A stretch of DNA of 64,000 nucleotides from Eledone cirrhosa (GCA_964016885.1 OZ024743.1:342240001-342304000); one strand, 5' to 3'. Numbered from the stretch's first letter, positions 13,455 to 28,063 are shown. Translations and numbers: made by a program. Notes: a model not told the origin generated them from the sequence alone.

Positions 13455-13529
13455 TAAATAAAACCATTTTTGTACGGTCGACCATGTTATTCTTCACTTT
13501 TTCACTATATATATATATATATAATAAGA

Positions 13530-13623
13530 GAAATACTTTCTCCTATGACCCACACTATTGCCCGAAGCATTGAGTACTCTGGTGCGTTATGGTCCATCTG
13601 GTCCCTTACCACAACTCCTTCGT

Positions 13624-13625
<2 letters not shown>
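13530..13625 (+). mobile_element. Tail fragment of the 5462 fold-back family
   Basis: TTGAGTACTCTGGTGCGTTATGGTCCATCTGG..CCTTCGT then (TA)n. Confidence 0.75.
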
Positions 13626-13654
<29 letters not shown>

Positions 13655-13974
13655 TGTAATCCAGGCAATCGCGGCCCTGACATCAGTGGTGCCCCTTTCC
13701 TGGAAACCACCATATTCACTGAATCGTAAATATCTTCCGCAAATATTTTTACGGCATTTTCGTGGCAATATGTATATATGTTTAACGATAAATTATTTAT
13801 AACAATATAGCGTATTTGCCGGTCTATTGGACGCCCTTGCGCATATGACGCTCCCTCTTTTTTATTATAATTTACGTTATGTTTTGACGTTTATAGGCAT
13901 TTTTCTGGACCACATCCAATATTCGTGGTTTTTTCTCGCTTCGCCGGTTCCAGTCTATCTATCTAAGGCGGGCA

Positions 13975-14450
13975 ACATTTTCAAGATCCAAGGAACGAGT
14001 TCTCTCCGGCGGTCTCTGTCCCTCATTATCGCTGCCAAGTCCTGCGTCTTCTACAGACCAGTGTCTGTCCTTAGGGCATCAACATACGTTAACCTTGGTC
14101 TTCCTCTTCTAGTGTGTCCTTGTAGGGGCTCCCACAGGAGCACTGAGTGCAATGTCAACTCTGGATGTCGGTGAGCATGTCCAGCTAACTTCAGTCTCCT
14201 CTGTGTCACCTTTGAGCTGACTTTTGGGATGTGGTTGAGAGGAAGAGCAAAGCCTGGGCGGCGTGCTACAGCTTGAGATCGGTGTGGAAGTCGGACCTTC
14301 GTAAAGGCCTGAAAATCCGCCTCTTCTTTGCTGTAGTGGAGTCTGTGCTGCTGGACGGGTCTGAGACTTGGACACTGACCAAGAAACTCACTCAGATGGT
14401 GGATGGGTGCTACACGAGAATGCTGAGGATGGCTCTGAAAATTAATCAGG
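13975..14450. mobile_element. RTE-clade LINE 3' fragment with 5' inversion
   Basis: Plus 14237-14447: KAWAACYSLRSVWKS..VESVLLDGSETWTLT..CYTRMLRMAL. Minus 14236-13975: IPKVSSKVTQRRLKLAGHAHRH..LLWEPLQGHTRRGRPRLTYVD. Confidence 0.85.
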
Positions 14451-14570
14451 ACAACTGTATATATATATATATATGTGTGTGTGTGTATATATATATATAT
14501 ATGTGTATATATATATATATATGTGTGTGTGTGTATGTGTATATATATATATATTTATATATGTATATAT

Positions 14571-15303
14571 GGCAACATGAATGGACCTGTGATTTTTCTC
14601 TAAAAACATTTTTTCCGATTCGCCCTGCCCGTCCCTTCAATCTTTCTAATTTCTCATTCTTTCTTCTAATGAAGGATTAGCGTCCGAAACGTTAAGACCC
14701 GCTTCCTGCTCTTTTAAGCGCTATACTAATATGTTATTTCCATATACTGTATCGATTGTGTTGTTATTTCTGTTTACGTTTTACATACATATATATACGT
14801 ATATATTCACGACCCAACGAAGCGATACGAACAATCAAATCAAATTATAATCAACTAATTTTATATTAGAACATTCGATTGAATATCTATGCGATTATAT
14901 ACAGTTCACCTAGCTTTTGTATCATTAGTCTAGCATATGCAAGAGATAAACTGATAGCAACAATCATAATAGTAATAACAGTAAAATCATAAATTAACTA
15001 CAAATGACTATCTAGATAGTAATAACAAATAGTGTAATGATTAGTTAGATGTATTTTTAAAAAAATTATACAAACACATATACGACTAGAAATAAACTTG
15101 TCTGGGCTAAAATTTACAAAATGTACGGAAGTGCCACAAAACTTCATATATACATATATAGATATGTCTAAAGACCCTTCGAATGCCGAGTCGGGTTCGA
15201 TCTATAAGAGATCCTGCGTCGACCTGATCAACGGGGAAACATATGTAATATGTTAATAAATTGTTATTTGATGCAATACTGATTCCTCGTTCTTTATAAA
15301 ATA

Positions 15304-15308
<5 letters not shown>
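14571..15308 (+). mobile_element. About 740-bp (TA)n-flanked repeat (copy 2)
   Basis: Co-linear with 3183-3922. Confidence 0.8.
14662..14697 (+). ncRNA. Minimal HHR-like motif with G5A core (CTAATGA)
   Basis: TCTT-CTAATGA-A-GGA(TTAGCG)TCC-GAA-ACGT-T|AAGA. Confidence 0.6.
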
Positions 15309-15373
<65 letters not shown>

Positions 15374-15409
15374 GGAAAAAATCAAACGAAATTTCATTTC
15401 CCACTCTTA

Positions 15410-15909
15410 GTTACTTAAATATAAGTATGTACACGTACATACATAGATGTATACAGACATACAGTAGTATGTATATATATATACATACATGCACACATAT
15501 ATGGATTCACCAAACATTTTTTATAATGCTCGGTGTGTTTGTAAACAAACATCCCGTATTAAGCCGTAGTGTCTAGCAACCATCGCTGCTCGTTTGTTCA
15601 ACACTGACAAAGGAACGCGGTACTAGTTTCAAGCTTATTAGCTATCGTCAGTAACGTATACCTTCCTGCCAGATTGTTGAACGTATATAATTACCGTATG
15701 CATATTAACGGCTGAGTAGCCCAATTTGCATATCGAGGGGGTTAATCGGCCGGGATGTTTGTTTACAAACACACCGAGCATTATAACAAATGTTTGGTGA
15801 ATCCATACGTACATATATATATGTGTGCATGTATGTATATTTATATACATACTACTGTATGTCTGTATACATATATGTATGTACGTGTACATACTTATAT
15901 TTAAGTAAC
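15410..15909. repeat. Inverted repeat (arms 15410-15556 and 15751-15909) with HHR-like core in the spacer
   Basis: GTTACTTAAATATAAG..AAACATCCCG versus CGGGATGTTT..CTTATATTTAAGTAAC; minus 15621-15651 reads CTGACGA-T-AGCT(AATA)AGCT-T-GAA-ACTAGT-A. Confidence 0.8.
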
Positions 15910-15979
15910 AGCCGTAAACTTAATCATCGAGTGCTCACCTGGCTGAACCTACAGTAACTTCACGTTACCCTGGCTGGAT

Positions 15980-16108
<129 letters not shown>

Positions 16109-16113
16109 TATAT

Positions 16114-16184
<71 letters not shown>

Positions 16185-16248
16185 CGCGTGTGTGTGTATG
16201 TGTGTGTGTGTGTGTGTGTGTATGTGTGTATGTGTGTGTATGTGTTCA

Positions 16249-16326
<78 letters not shown>

Positions 16327-16640
16327 TGTGTGTATGGAACTATAATGTAATTTGATCCAGCTGTTCCGCAACTTATGGAAATGTATTTTACATTTACTTG
16401 GGCCTGAACATGGAAACGTGAGATAAAGTGGCATAAATATATACTATGGAGTGCGTTATATATGTGGCTATTTGAGTAGACGATTTTGTGTTGTTTTGTT
16501 AAGCTGTTAAGTTTTTAACAAGTTAAATACAACGTTTTCCTGTCGTTCCAAAATTACTTGTATCATACATTTCGAAATAGATCAATAAATATATAAATAT
16601 TTGGAGAAATATGTGTATTAGTGATATCAGAATGCATATC

Positions 16641-16756
<116 letters not shown>

Positions 16757-16872
16757 AGCGATTAGCGAGTTCTAGACTCACCTGATCAATGAAACAATTG
16801 TTAATACCTGAAATAAAGCCCCTTCTTGTACAGCCAACCATGTTATTCTTCATTCTTTCACTATATATATAT

Positions 16873-17395
16873 ATTTATTAAAATAACAGATTAAAGTTTA
16901 AGCAAAGAATCGCTGCTTTCACCCTTAACGGGATCTTCTGAAACTAAAAAAGTCAATCCGTGAACACAGAAGTAAATATTTCAAAAAACCTTTCAAACGG
17001 AGGTAGATAGGAAGACGATACTTTGGTTCGTGGAAACGTTCCCTGGCAAAGAACGGAAAAAAACGAAGATAATACGTCATTAATTGGAGCGTTGAAAACA
17101 GTTACACCTAAAGACAAAACCACGTGTATGGTTTAAATGAAGTCGTAGACTAAAATTCTAACAAGGAAACCGAATGTTTCTCGGCGTCAGAGTTAAAAAT
17201 AATGTAAATAAAATACAGTGGTAATTGAAATTAAAAAAAACATCCATATACGTACATACACAAGCATACGCGAAAACACACGCCATATGTATACAAATAC
17301 AAGCACGTACACAAAAAAAAACCGCACGCACATACAGAACCCACGCAACGCCTGTACCCGGACACATCCGAACGTATACACCAAATACACATAAA

Positions 17396-17475
<80 letters not shown>

Positions 17476-19582
17476 ATATAATTAAATAAACGTATATAAC
17501 GCGCGCACACACATACGTACATGTAACAACACATATGTTCGCAGGCGTATGTCGACTAAAACATAAAGTACACATATGCACACGCCTTACATACGTACGA
17601 ACCCGCGTACTCGCACAGACGCAAAACACGCGAATACACATAACCAAACGCACATGTACCAGAATATATAATATATACGCCATAACATATACAGGCAAAT
17701 ATACGTACGAGAAGGTATACGTACCTTCACTAAACATACAGGTAATATATACTTATCTATACAAATAAGTAATGGTATAAACATAACATATACTTAGCTA
17801 CCACATCAAGGCGTAAAATATCCGTGTATAGTTTGTACTCTCCGTTAGGGTATAATCTGAGTTAGTAATACAGGAAAGTGTTGTGCAATTTATGTTTACA
17901 CGCCGAAATTGCCTCAGATTTTTTGTTTAAGATGTGGTCTTTGGCGTAGAGTATTTCCATGGCCTCAGAGGCACAGAGGTCACATGGTGTTTTGTTTCCC
18001 TTATACGATCTAGTCCTAGCTAGGATCTCCCAGTGTAACTTAATTAGGGTGTGGTTGTCTTTTAGACTCCAGATATAAGCTGAAAGTGACGTCATATTCC
18101 TTCTTAAAGGGTTAAGAAAAGAATGGGTATGCATGTAAAGACGCTGCTTGAATCTATTGGCGGTTAACCCTATGTAGGCCCTACGGGACGTGGTTATTCA
18201 ACCTTACATTTGTAGAAAATGTTACTAGAGAGGCATTTCCCGGATAGGGTACAATTACAGTTAGTACTAGCTACAGGGTTGCACGTGTTCCTACGGCTAG
18301 GTAGTTTAGCTAAATTTGAAGCTGTGATGTTATGCGCAAGGTTAGGAGTCGTAGAGTAAGAAATTTTAATGGTATTTCTATTAAAAATGTTACTATATTT
18401 ATGTGCTGGGGAAAATGCTTCATAATAAGGGAAAGAAAGTTCTTAGCTAATGGTGTGGCCACCTTCATATTATATGGTGGGTTATACCATATAATGCGTC
18501 GCGATCTATTTTTCATAGGCCTATTCTCGTACTCTGTATATGCTACCTTATGGACAAATCCACTCCGAGCAAGAGCTTCATTGTAATATGTGGAATGGTC
18601 GTTGAAAATATGCTCGTTAGTAGATAGACGGGAAAGCCTCAAAGAAACGTTTCTTACCAGGTTCTTGGTTATGCTGGCAGATCAGTTAGAATGCTTACTT
18701 ATGTAATTAAGCGTATCATTCGGCTTTCTATACGGGTAGTGCAAGCCATTCGACAAATTGAGGGTAACGTCGAAGTAATTAACAACCTATATGAAGAAGG
18801 CTGTGAGTTCTTTTCTGAACCTGTCGAAAGCACGTGGGCCGCACTTTGTCATGGTCAAAAGACTGTCATCACGGTACAAACCACCGCCCACGTTGGGGAA
18901 TTCTTCCTTGATAGAGAAAAGAAGGAAAAGGCCAATGAGATCAGTAACCTCCGCAGAATCACTGGCGCCCATACTCACGTCGAATGGGGTACTATTAGAT
19001 TTGTTAATCCATATAGAGTCATCGAAATTAATCATCGACTTACGGGCATTGAGGATGACATCAACTTCGAAATCCTTAACCACTACTAGTCTACGACTTC
19101 AGTTATACCATTTACGTGGTTTTGTCTTTGGGTGCAGTTGTTCTCACCGGTCCACATAATTACGTATTATCTTCGTTTCTTTCCGTCCATTGCCAGAGAA
19201 CGTCTCCTTAAACCACCTAATAGAATATTAGTCTACGACTTCATATATACCATAAACGTGGTTTTGTCTTTGCGTGTAATTGTTTTCCCCGCTCCAAATA
19301 ATGACGTATTATCTTCGTTTTTTCTGTTCTTTGCCAGGGAACGTTTCCACGAACCAAAGTATCGTCTTCCTGTCTTCCTTCGGTTGCAACATTTTTTGAA
19401 ATATTTACTTCTGCATTCACACATTGACTTTTTTAGTTTCAGAAGATCCCGTTAAGGGTAAAAGCAGCGATTCTTTGCTTAAACTTTAATCTGTTATTTT
19501 AATAAATGTTTGCTCTACGGTTCTTATATATTTGATATATATTTATCCTTATCGAGCCCTCTTTGGATTTTAGTCTTCAAAT

Positions 19583-19605
<23 letters not shown>
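16873..19605 (-). mobile_element. 5'-truncated Penelope/Poseidon PLE with pLTR (16873-17170) and inverted, partly tandem pLTR plus tail (19087-19605)
   Basis: ORF remnants 17862-19085: FDVSMGASDSAEVTDLIG, GGLYRDDSL, IIWYNPPYN, CDLCASE; inverted pLTR homology; (TA)n flanks. Confidence 0.88.
16895..16945 (-). ncRNA. U4A-variant HHR in pLTR
   Basis: Reverse complement of 5379-5429; third copy at 19435-19485 has G12A. Confidence 0.7.
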
Positions 19606-19654
<49 letters not shown>

Positions 19655-19771
19655 CATATATTTTGAGTATATGTTGGTTGTTTACCGACACCTAAGTATC
19701 CAGATTGGAGCACTCGACGAAGTACGTAGGTTGGTTTGTCTATAGCAGTATATTTAGCAGTATATCTATAA

Positions 19772-20509
19772 TCTGTATATATAAAAAATTAAGTATGTGT
19801 GTGTGTATTACTTATAGGAACCTAGATCTTACGACCGATTTTCATGAAACTTTACAGGCTCATAGATTACTCATCGGGGAGTGTTCTCTATGTATCAGCG
19901 TTTTTTTTTTTTTTATAAAAATCGAATTTAGGTATTGAAAAATGCTGTATCGAAAAAGCTGTTTTTAGGTATCGAAAAATAAGATCTTTGGTTCTAGCTC
20001 CCAGATTTTGCCACCGATTTCGGTCAAATGTTAAAGGAAAATAGAATTCATCATTGCACATCCTGTAATGGATTTATATTTTGCATTTGTGTTTCAAGGA
20101 CGGTGTGGCAGCCGCTTAAATATTCAAAAATACCACTATTAGACTCAAATTTCCACTAGCTCCCACATTAATCAAACTACTTTGTTCAAATTTTACACTA
20201 CGATAGATCTGATTATTTCACGTCTTAAAGTGGCTTTACATTCTGGATTTTTTGCTCAGGAACGGCGTGGCAGCCGCTTAAATATTCGAAAATACCACCT
20301 TTTCGCTCAAATGTCCCACATTTTTCAACCGATTTTGTTCAAATTCGAAGCTCCCTCCCCCAGCATGCCTCTTCGTGAGTCACCCGCGTTTCTCAGTGAT
20401 AGAGGTCATCATCACCCTCCCCGCATGGCCTGTGTCGCTAAGATCAACACCTTTTCATCAAAGCAGATATTATTTTACCTACCCAGACAACGCTGGGTAC
20501 TGCTGCTAG
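19772..20509 (+). mobile_element. Non-autonomous Helitron (family 1)
   Basis: A|TCTGTATATATAAAA 5' end; 3' hairpin CCCAG(ACAACG)CTGGG then CTAG|T. Confidence 0.8.
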
Positions 20510-20566
20510 TTTATAATAAACGAAGCCTAATTTTACCTATTTGACTTAATTATTTTATATACATTT

Positions 20567-20703
<137 letters not shown>

Positions 20704-20709
20704 CGTATA

Positions 20710-20743
<34 letters not shown>

Positions 20744-20754
20744 CATATATATAC

Positions 20755-20785
<31 letters not shown>

Positions 20786-20799
20786 CACATATATATACA

Positions 20800-20833
<34 letters not shown>

Positions 20834-20874
20834 CATATATACTATATGCAATTTTTTATTTTATTTTCAATCAA

Positions 20875-21258
20875 CTTTATATATATAAAAGCGAGGATAT
20901 GTGTCTGTGTACAACTTTGCATACTTAAGGCTTTTACAATTAACAACTGAATTTGACCAAATTTTCTGTGCACGTTGCACAGGTCTCTAACATTATCACA
21001 TCACAAACATTTATCAAATCGACCCACGTTGAGCAATAAGAAATCGATATTAAAATTATCGGTAGCAAAATTATCGGTAGCAAAAGGGCGATAACCAACT
21101 TTATTGGCAATCCCTATAAAAAGGGGAGATAACCAACTTTATTGACAGAAATATAAACATCAGATCCTTTTGAAGATAAATCATCAATATTATCGTTTGT
21201 TTCTGGTTTATCCTTTGTTGCATTTAAAACCCCCGGCAACGCCGAGTAAATCTGCTAG
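20875..21258 (+). mobile_element. Non-autonomous Helitron (family 2)
   Basis: CTTTATATATATAAAAGCG start; CCCGGC(AAC)GCCGAG hairpin; CTAG|T end. Confidence 0.7.
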
Positions 21259-21785
21259 TATCTTATATTATATTTACTTGAAATATGGTGTGCTATCCTA
21301 CATTATATTGTCACACTTTCATACTATATCCTACTTTATTACGTTAGATTATATTGTGAGAATTGTTATGATAAGTTATATCATAGTAGACTGCAATACA
21401 TATCTACATTTATAATGTGTGTACATTTTATATTGTTTTATTTTGTCATATTTCATCTATTATATTTGTTATTATATGTTTATTTATTTTATATTGTAGT
21501 ATTTTTATTCATATTTATATTTTGTATTTTTTCTACTTTCGCATGTTAGTTGAGGGATTTTATATACACTATATTGATATATTCTTCTGTATGTTTATTG
21601 ACTTTGCAATATTAATTCTATTACTATATCATAAGATACAGTTTATTGTATTTTGTAGCATCGTGTTATATGTAAAATTTGGGTGGTTTTATTCCATAGT
21701 TGAGGCGGCTGTTTTATGCAGAGCGTAAATAATGTAAGAAGTAAGGAGGATTGAAGTCGCTGTTTATGTATTCTGCAACGATGAC

Positions 21786-21854
<69 letters not shown>

Positions 21855-21886
21855 TATATAGAGAGAGAGAGACGGAGAGAGAGAGC

Positions 21887-21982
<96 letters not shown>

Positions 21983-22122
21983 GGATTCAGCTTCGAGCAT
22001 AGCACTATACGGATATGTATTGGAATTTCGGATTTCTAAAGAGATACGGTATGTTTATAAATAAACATTTAGAAAGCCGTGGCTATGCAGTAACACCTGC
22101 GGCTATCGCCACCTGACGATTA

Positions 22123-22212
<90 letters not shown>

Positions 22213-22659
22213 TAAGTTTAGTCCTTCATCAGTGATCTTCCAACCTTTATTGGTATTTCATCGCTTTAAAGACCATATACCTCCGGTTGGTGCGAGCAAC
22301 GGCTAAAGAAAGTCGTTGGGACACGTAAATAAGGGGAACGAGCGAGACTGTAAACAGTCAAAGATGGCAATGCAACGAAAAGTGAGGAAGAAGGAGTCAA
22401 GTCCATGAAATCGGTGAACATAAGTTCTGTGAAATCGTAGACGAGAGAGAATAAAGAACAACCGGCCTGGTCAAAGTGTGCAAGAGGAAAGAATTTCGCA
22501 CAGGTCAAACGGGAGGAAGTAGGAGAGGGAGTAGCAGAGAGTGCGTGAGTGAAAGGTGAGGAAGAGTCTAACAGAGAGAGTGACTGTTAGAGGGGGTAGA
22601 AGGGAAGTGAGAGATACAGAGAAAAGAGGAAGCAGCAAGAAAGAAACAGACGGGTCACA

Positions 22660-22864
22660 ACGAAGGAAGTGTGGTAAGGAACCAGGTCGACCCTAACGCA
22701 CCAGAGTACTCAATATTTAGGGTGGTAGAGTGGATAATAGGAAAAAGTTCAAGACCCCGACGGCAGAGCTCAAGCCGTTTCGACGACTATTCCTGCTGGA
22801 CGTCCAGAAATAGCCGTCGAAAGGGCTTGAGCTCTGCCGTAGGGGTTTTGAACTTTTTTCCTAT
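22660..22864 (-). mobile_element. Fold-back family copy (hairpin 22737-22864 plus tail)
   Basis: ATAGGAAAAAGTTCAAGACCCC..GGGGTTTTGAACTTTTTCCTAT; homologous to 5696-5856. Confidence 0.85.
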
Positions 22865-22888
22865 ATATATATATATATATATATATTT

Positions 22889-22953
<65 letters not shown>

Positions 22954-23102
22954 CGAGAGAACCTATTATACATATGACTAACGAGTCGATATATATATAA
23001 AATAATTGTTTCTACTTTAGGCACAAGGCCAGTAATTGCCCAGTGCATTACATATAAAATAATAGTAGTTAAGACGGGGTTAAATCACTATCATTGTTTA
23101 TT

Positions 23103-23153
23103 GCAATATATATATTTCTGTTACATGGTTATTCATATGACTTCCTCAGATGC
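23103..23153 (-). ncRNA. Type I HHR motif
   Basis: GCAT-CTGAGGA-A-GTCATATG(AATAAC)CATGTAAC-A-GAA-ATATATAT-A|TTGC-AATAAA. Confidence 0.7.
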
Positions 23154-23469
23154 TTACGCAATCATTGATGCAGTTATTCACTGATTGTGATATGTCGGTG
23201 GCCATGCACATCCACCGAATGGATGTTCATGGGAATTTAACTACAATTATTAACTACAATTATTTGGTAAATGAATACGCCGTCACTCAATATCACCCAC
23301 CTGAGATCAACTACTGACGTGTAGTTCTTTGGGGGGCTAGGACCTGCTTATCATCAGGAGGTTACTACGTAACAACTAAGATAAACAACGCACTTGTAGA
23401 ACTTATAGATGTATATATATATTTATATATATATATATATATGGGGGGGGGGCGTGTGGGTGGGGGGTG

Positions 23470-23715
23470 TATTGTTATACTTGGGAAGCATCATATTGCC
23501 AGAAATAATAACGGAACACACTCACCGTTAGGTTGTTTTTCGCTTCTGTATCTTTTATATCTCCACAGTTAATTCATTCGGTCCTCAATATTTATCATTG
23601 ATTGACCAACGGTCAAGAATACAGATATAATATAGATATAAACACATATATATAGTCTAACAAAGTTCTTTCGTTGCACATCTGCAACATTATCAGTGGT
23701 ACTATTATGTTCCTC
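23470..23715 (-). mobile_element. Naiad-like 3' terminal fragment with mutated HHR (CTGATAA, 23653-23704)
   Basis: Homologous to 48770-48975. Confidence 0.75.
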
Positions 23716-24745
23716 ATATCAGGATTAAAGCAGTAATAAACTAGTTGGACAGAGTATTCGATACTTGGGATAGTAGAGTGTTTGTGTGCGAGTGTACACG
23801 TTTATATGCATATTCTTGTATATGTTAGTATATGAGTGTTTATAGATGGATGCATTCTCAAATAACACAATGTAGTCTTTATTTATGCGTCTATGTAGGC
23901 CTTGGTGTCTGATTGTATAAAATGATTGAGGGAGAATGACAAATCAAAGTTTACTTTGCAGGATAAGAACTCAGAACCGGAGAAAATCGCCATGATATTA
24001 ATCCGATGTGCTCTAACAACTTTGCCTTACGATATATGTCTGTATGTATATGAGGATGCATAAGTCTGTGTGAATATATATATGTATATCTGTGCAAGAT
24101 TGAGCTTCAGTTTTAAGCTAGTCATGGACAACACATTCATTCTAATATGGCTTATTATATTATTTATTCCACAGCGTATTGATCTAGCATGTATATCTGT
24201 AGAAATACATAATTGCGGGTTAAAGCCGACCAAATTAATATGCTTGTTGTATTTCGATAGCCATATTAAATGCTTAAAGCGAAAATCATTTCTATCGAAA
24301 TGTAAGACACTACACAAGTACACTACATTAAGTACACTACAGTCAAAACAACTATGTTTTGAACATAAAAAGATACCCTGCAGCTAATGATGATCTCTAT
24401 ACGTAACTGCTTGACTTACTAGCTTCAAATCACTCATTACCAACTTTAAAATCATCCAAGTGGATAATTTAACAATAGATAACATATGCTGTCGTAAAAG
24501 ACCGGCGCAATTCCGATTAGAATATTTTTAGTCATATGTCTCCTCGATTAGTATTGTCCTCGAGCTAAACAGCAACAGCTATTAAAACATATCAAGTTAG
24601 TGTATCGTTACATTGAGGAGAAGTTCTGTACATTTCATTATATGGAAGAATATAAGTATATTCTAGCGACATCAAATAAATGTTCTACTTTATTAAGTGT
24701 TTCCTCCTCCTCTTTCTCTTTCTGTCTCTCTCTCTACCTATATAC

Positions 24746-24803
<58 letters not shown>

Positions 24804-25604
24804 ATGTATATATATATATTCATTGTAAAACGAAATAGATACATATACACGCGTGTATATATATATGTGTGTATGTGTGTGTATATGTGTGTATGTGTGT
24901 GAGGTATGTGTGTGTGTATGTGTATGTGTGTGTATGTGGGCATATATATATATATAGAGAGAGAGATATACCGCTACTTTTCTACGTACTTATTGCGCTA
25001 CTTAGGGAGACAGGATAATCCCTCTGTCTTCATTTAAAATTTTCAAGTAGATTTTTCTTTAAGTACGTTTACAATATAAAATTGCACAGTACAATGTCTG
25101 CAGTCGGTCAACCAAGTGCAGTCAAACCATCCCCATCGTACCCTACCCACAGAAGTACAGAAACCCACTTGTTATCAGCTGGCAAACGATTGGTATGTGG
25201 TTCAACTCCCATCACTGCTCTGTTTAAATTTGAATGCTCGTTTTCTTATTTTTTTCTAAATATAATTTAACGTAGTATATATCGTACCAGTGGCGTAAAA
25301 TCAAATTCACGGCCAAACGCTACACATACACAAATAGACATACATACACACACACACACATACACCCACTCACACACACACTCACTCACACACACACACA
25401 CATATATGTATGCTTAATTAAAAGCAGGAGGAGTGGTGAGCTTTGATAAGTACCAACAAGTACGAAACAGAGCTCTGTCCGCTTATCTCCCCTGTTTGCT
25501 GAAAATTGAAGTAAGTGACATTGTCGCTACTTTAAAACAATAGCGTAAGGTCTTCAAGATGCTTTTAGTTAAGCATACAGTGTATTGCAAAATACACTAT
25601 ATAT

Positions 25605-25708
<104 letters not shown>

Positions 25709-26182
25709 GAGGTTTTTTACAAAATGAAAAAAAACGAGGTGTCCTACACGAGTGAGAATATAAGGAAAAAAGATGAAATCGAAAATGTAACTGGAGTCTT
25801 TTTCTTTAAATATATTTATTTGGTTCATTTACCGGTTTCGCAGTTCTTGTGCTTTTCAAAAGTAGAATTGTGATGGAGGGTTTGTGGTTATATATATATA
25901 TATATATATATATTTATACATATTCGGAAGCATCCGATGATGTTGTCAAGTCTCATTTTTGGGTAGTGTTTTCGATGCTCATAGAGTGGGATGATCAAGT
26001 GCAAGGCCTTTCCCCACTTAAAAAACCTTCAAAGCACAGTCATTGCTTGTTCAGGATATGTTACAGGTTCGGGTGACTGGCTATAGCCTAAAGGTGCACC
26101 ATTTTCTGTAATCTGACAAGCGATTGCAATACTCTTAGCAGAGTTTGCAGCCACCATATATATATATATATATATATATATA

Positions 26183-27235
26183 CTAGCAGCAGTACCCAGC
26201 GTTGCCTGGGTAGGTAAAATAATATCTGCTTTGATGAAAAGGTGTTGATCTTAACGACTGCGAGTTTCTTGAAAATCTGTCGTAAGGTGTAGCAAATGGC
26301 GAAATGTTGAGTGAAATCGTATGGAATATGTGGGAGGTGGAAAAAATCGTATTTTGAAGAGTTAAACGGCTGCCACGTCGTCCCTGAACAAAAAATGCAA
26401 AATGTAAAGTACTAAAAGATGTGCAATGATAGGTTCTATTGTAGCATAAAGGTTGAACCAAATAAATTGGTTTATGTGTGAGGTGGAGCCGAAGTTTCGA
26501 ATTTGAACGAAATCTGTTGAAAAATGTGCGAGCTAATGATAGGTTCTATCGTACTATAAAAGTTGATCCAAATAAATTGATCTATGTATGAGGCGGAGCC
26601 GAAGTTTCGAATTTGAACGGAATCGCTGGAAAAATGTGGAAGCTAGAGCCGAAAAGGCGAAATTAGAGCGAAAAGGTCGTATTTTCGAATATTTAAGCGG
26701 CTGCCACGCCGTTCCGGAACAAAAAATCCAAAATGTAAAGCCACTTTAAGACGTGAAATAACCAGATGTAGCGTAGTGTAAAGGTTGAACCAAGTAGATT
26801 GATTAATGTGGGAGCTAGAGCCGAAAAAGTGGAAATTTGAGTCTAAAAGTGGTATTTTTGAATATTTAAGCGGCTGCCACGCCGTCCTTGAACAACAAAT
26901 GCAAAATATAAAGCGAATACAGCATGTGTAATGATAAATTCTATTTTGTTTTAAAATTTGAACGAAATCGGTGTGCAAAATGTGGGAGCTAGAGCCAAAA
27001 ATCTTATTTTTCGATACCTAAAAAAAGGTGATCCCCCCCCCCCCCCTATGGATTTTTATCTGCAGAATGACCCCGGAATAAACAAAACGATATGCTGATA
27101 TATAGTAAACACTCCCCGATGAGGAATCTATGAGCCAGTAAAGTTTCATGAAAATCGGTCGTATGATGTAGGCCCCTATAGGTAATACACAGACACACAG
27201 ACACACACACATACTTAATTTTATATATATACAGA
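26183..27235 (-). mobile_element. Non-autonomous Helitron (family 1) with internal tandem subrepeats
   Basis: Begins CTAGCAGCAGTACCCAGCGTTGCCTGGG; ends TTTTATATATATACAGA; homologous to 19772-20509. Confidence 0.8.
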
Positions 27236-27246
27236 TATATATATAT

Positions 27247-28063
27247 ATATTAAATTCATATATTAATAAAATAGATGTTCTTGTGATCAATTAAATTTTA
27301 TTATACATATTTCAGAGGTACTTGAATCAGGTTCAATATTACGTCCTCATCAGATAAATTAAAATGATACATGTCATTCCATGAGATGTTAGATGGTTAA
27401 GATTTAATCAAGGTGGTGATTAACTTATGAGAAAACTCAACATTTATACCCTAATAATTAGAGCATGCGAAAACGTAATAGAATCAATAGAGGTGTGAGT
27501 AAGAAAAACGTTGCTTTAATGTAACAGTTTTAGAGTTTTTAAAATCTGGGTTACTACAATTAGGATTATAGAGGAAGACGTCTCTGGAGTGATAATGTTT
27601 TAAGTTTTGGGCTTGAGAAAGCAACTGATAGATAATTAAAGAGAGGGAGAGATAAAGGGGAGTAATTTATGCACAAATTTTCATTGGACACATATAGACT
27701 TAGCGGTTAAATTTAAAAATATTTAATTTATGTTATTTTAGGGTGAAGAATCAAAATGTTAGGTTTTAAAAGATGATGGTTATTTGTATTAATTTTATAA
27801 ATTTTATAAATGTTATAAATGTGTTACATTTCTAAAATTCGAAGTTTTATTAAAACAAATTGAAAGGATTTACTAGGGCCGCGAAAGAAAAATATATACA
27901 GTTCAATATTCACATAAAGGTAATCTTTAACAAAATTACTTGTAACAGTGTGAACATTTTCGGTATGTATAATTTATGAAGTACTTACTGTTATAAATAT
28001 CAAGGAATTTATTGTTAAATAGATACATTGTCTAAAGTATAATAATTAACGCAGAGTTTTCAG

